From assembly GCF_006345805.1 (NCBI RefSeq), contig NC_043014.1, forward strand, positions 35,898,001-35,962,000: a DNA stretch of 64,000 nt, written 5' to 3'. Origin of the DNA: Octopus sinensis. Lineage: Eukaryota. Positions 60,605 to 64,000 of the stretch are shown piece after piece (within the stretch, counting starts at the first letter, position 1; the number at the start of each line of letters is the position of its first letter). The translations under genes were made by a program, and so were the position numbers. Under the pieces are notes generated by a model. It was not told the origin of the DNA. It saw nothing but the letters and a program-made list of their open reading frames with translations, and did no database searches.

Positions 60605-60952
60605 CAATAATAATAAAGGGTGAAATTAATTAAAATTAGAAATAATCATTAATTTCACCAAGTAGAATTCGGCATGTAAAAGACCCATTCAAGGAAGGTT
60701 TAAGTAATACTAAGTAATTAAGGGTTTAGCAATGATTTGCCTCACCACACACTGAATTTAGAAATAGCAGTCAAAAAAGTTTTGGCTATTCTTTCTACTT
60801 AAAAGGGAGATCCCAGTAAAACCAAAGCACTTAAAAACAAACGACGCAGGTAAAAGAGAAAGAAATGACAAAAATCATTCTATTTTGACTGCTATTTCTA
60901 AATTCGGTGTGTGGTGAGGCAAATCGTTGCTAAACCCTTAATTACTTAGTAT
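60605..60952. mobile_element. Repeat family E copy with an inverted repeat of about 68 bp
   Basis: 60707-60774 versus 60883-60952; two substitutions and a 2-nt indel. Confidence 0.8.
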
Positions 60953-60957
60953 ATATA

Positions 60958-61180
60958 TATATTTCTTTACTACCCACAAGGGGCTAAACACAGAGAGGAC
61001 AAACAAACGGATTAAGTCAATTATATCGACCCCAGTGCGTAACTGGTACTTATTTAATCGACCCCGAAAGGATGAAATGTAAAGTCGACCTCGGCGGAAT
61101 TTGAATTCACAACGTAGCAGCAGACGAAATACGGCTACGCATTTCGCCCGGCGTGCTAACGTCTCTGCCAGCTCGCCGCC

Positions 61181-61182
<2 letters not shown>
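60958..61182 (-). mobile_element. SINE family B
   Basis: Full-length reverse copy. Confidence 0.9.
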
Positions 61183-61231
<49 letters not shown>

Positions 61232-62094
61232 GCACACATCTATGTGTATACATATATACACAGCTACACAAGCACACAAATATGAGAGAGGGAGCAAGTA
61301 TGTATGTGTGTATATAAGTATGTGTGTATATATGTATGTACACACACACCCAGATACCCATGTGTATGACTGAAAATGTGTGTGTGTGTGTGTTTGTATG
61401 TGTGTGCGTGTGTGCGTATTGTTAAATTTTGTGCTTATAAAGTGGGCAAAAAAGTCTTCATTGCCTAAAGTGTTTATGTATCAGTAGAAATTGAAGCTTC
61501 TTAGCTAAGTAACCGATGATTAAGAATATTGTGTGCAACTATATATTACAGACACAATGCATATAAATGATCATTTTCGGCATATAAATAACAAATGAAT
61601 AGGACAGGGAGGGGTGGGTGTGAAATACACCCCATCCTTGCACCTTCCGATCAAATGTTCCCACAAACACATTTCTGAAAGTGTGTGAAAAACAAATATA
61701 TACCAAACACTGAAGTAGAGACAAACACCACTTCAATATAACAATGTATACACACACCCATCCCATTAAATGTTTCTCCTGTTACCACCACACATCCTCT
61801 AACAGGGGTATACACACCTGAGGGATTGTCATGTAACCCAATCTTTCATTCCACCACCACCACCACCACCATCACTTCCAACACTGCTACCACCTCTGTT
61901 TATCAATACCTGACATATTTAAAGCAATATTCTATTCAGAGATATCAATTGATTCCATTCTGGCTGTCTACTTTTTCTGTCAGTCTCTTATTTCTATTGC
62001 TTTGCAACTACCACGCCCACTGGGCTTAGTCACTAAAGGCACTGCAGATACCACCACCACCACCACCACTATCTGTCAATAATAACACAAATTA

Positions 62095-62242
62095 TATACA
62101 TACACACACACACACGCACGCATACATACATACATAAACACACACACGCATACATACATACATAAACACACACACGCATACATACATACATACATAAACA
62201 CACACACGCATACATACATACATAAACACACACACACACACG
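62095..62242. repeat. Higher-order (CATA)n(CA)n minisatellite
   Basis: cgcatacatacatacataaacacacaca repeated about 4 times. Confidence 0.85.
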
Positions 62243-63224
62243 TGTGTGAATATAAATCTGTGAATTAAGTACATCAATTGATCAATGTAGCTTTCTATGA
62301 AACCAATAATTTGTTTCCTGTATTACTAACAGTGAGAGAGTTGACATGGATGGTGTCTGTAGATCTGTATAGAACTCTGGAAAAGCACAGGGGCTGGAGG
62401 AGAAGGAGAGTTCAATTACAGATACAAAAAAGTGCAATCATCATCATCATCATGTCCACTCTTGCATGTTGGCATGTTCTTATTCAGAGTTATTGCCTTT
62501 CTAGAAGGATCAAAGGATCACATCTTGCTCAGAACTTCAATTTCTAGTACAGTTTTTGTGACTGAATGTGCTTTCTATAAGCAATCAGGTTACAGAGTGT
62601 ACATTTTATTATGACGCCAGCACTAAAGGGGTTGTCATATTGTCTCTGCTCATCCACCAACCAAACAACCAATCAACCAACTAACCACTCAATGCAGTTT
62701 ACTGTGGCACCCATACCCAAGATTAAAGAAGCTGGCCGGCCTATAATGTGATGTGTTCATGCTTGTTTGCTCCAATGTAATTGGGGCCAGGGTAAATAGA
62801 AGAAAGAGTGATGACAACAGCCATGGTGGGTAAGACAAAAGATCAAGAAAATGTGATGGTGGAAGCAGCGTAATTATGGAGAGAGAGAGAGAATGAGAGA
62901 GAAAGAGTGAGAGAGTGAGAGAGAGAGAAAGAGTGAGTGAGAGAGAGAGAGAGAGATGGACAATGACAGAGGTAGATATTAATAGAAATGAGAGGTTGAT
63001 GTTAGTAACAAATGGACAGAAGGGATTGAGTCATGACTTGCTGTATAGAAAGGATCATGGTGGTGTGTGTGTGTGTGTGTATCATATAAATAATATATAT
63101 ATATGCATAGATACATACATATATATGTACATACTTACATATATATGTATATATATATGAATATATGGGCACAGGATATCACAAGACATAAACAAATATA
63201 AAATACGAAAACATTTTTATGCTA

Positions 63225-63410
63225 ACAACAAAAGAAACGTCCGCTTTCCATGCTAGCATGGGTTGGACGATTTGACTGAGGACTGGCTAACCAGATGGCT
63301 GCACCAGGCTCCAATCTGATCTGGCAGAGTTTCTACAGCTGGATGCTCTTCCTAACACCAACCTCTCTGAGAGTGTAGTGGGCACTTTTACGTGCCACCT
63401 GCACAGTGAA
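63225..63410 (-). mobile_element. SINE family C fragment
   Basis: acgtccgctttccatgctagcatgggttggacg...ctggatgctcttcctaacacc. Confidence 0.8.
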
Positions 63411-64000
63411 GGCAGCTGGGAAATGTATAACTGCTGTCATTCACAGAAAAACTATTGTATTACCGTGAGAAAAGTGCTGTTGAAGTGTTAAGTGAAATTT
63501 GGCAATCAAGCATCGCATCCACACTATGCTTGCATGAAGCCACTACAAATATGCTGTGCAATAAAAAATTTATCTACAGTCATGGAAAAAGTGTAACTGT
63601 AAAAATGCAGAATTATCGGAGTAATGGGTATTCAAAAAAGTATGTATGTATAGAAATGTATGAATGAAGTCTTTAAGGTTTAAGCTTCAAATTAAAAAAT
63701 TGCAGTAATAATGTTTAGCAGCTCAGTACTGAAATGCAGAATTAGGTCAGCTGACGATGAGAATCAAATATTGATCGCTTTGCTAAAAACTGCAGGTGGT
63801 ATGGGTTATTTGCCTTGGGTTGTTTAAATAAAATATTAGTAATATGTAGTAGATAGAAGGATCTATTGGAGGGGCCCTATTATTATTGATTTTTTTTAAC
63901 AATGTAAGTATGTCATGAGGTTTCCAGACATGTATTCTACTCGCGTATCAAATAAAGAGATATTGCCTGCAGAAATTAGAAATTGGACACACAAAAAATC

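Noticed and set aside
58930-62400. Additional minus-strand exon candidates (acceptors near 58960, 61678 and 62385; donor near 59430)
   Set aside because: Each has only one convincing splice site and no recognisable peptide; indistinguishable from chance without RNA data.

Overview
Repeat-dominated, AT-rich animal genomic DNA; the SINE families, Penelope/RTE/R4 remnants and microsatellite load suggest an octopus (coleoid cephalopod), inferred from memory rather than a database search. Most of the supplied ORF track is microsatellite noise. Real coding signal is almost all decayed transposon sequence: Gypsy pol with PPT and 3' LTR, hAT, Tigger, Tc1, two mariners, Penelope-like elements, R4/Dong, RTE, CR1 and a Helitron-type element. 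More than 30 tRNA-derived SINE copies from about five families are interspersed. One probable host terminal exon lies on the minus strand (49250-49405) and encodes a cytoplasmic-tail-like peptide ending in SAV. A YY1/NRF1/ETS promoter-like motif cluster sits at about 16.5 kb. The most interesting structures are six hammerhead-ribozyme-like motifs in Penelope-type terminal repeats (two with intact cores), a 13-unit satellite born from a SINE segment, several long foldback elements, a SINE-mediated tandem duplication, and a multi-step templated insertion. No tools were run; coordinates were read by eye, and element ends may be off by tens of bases.
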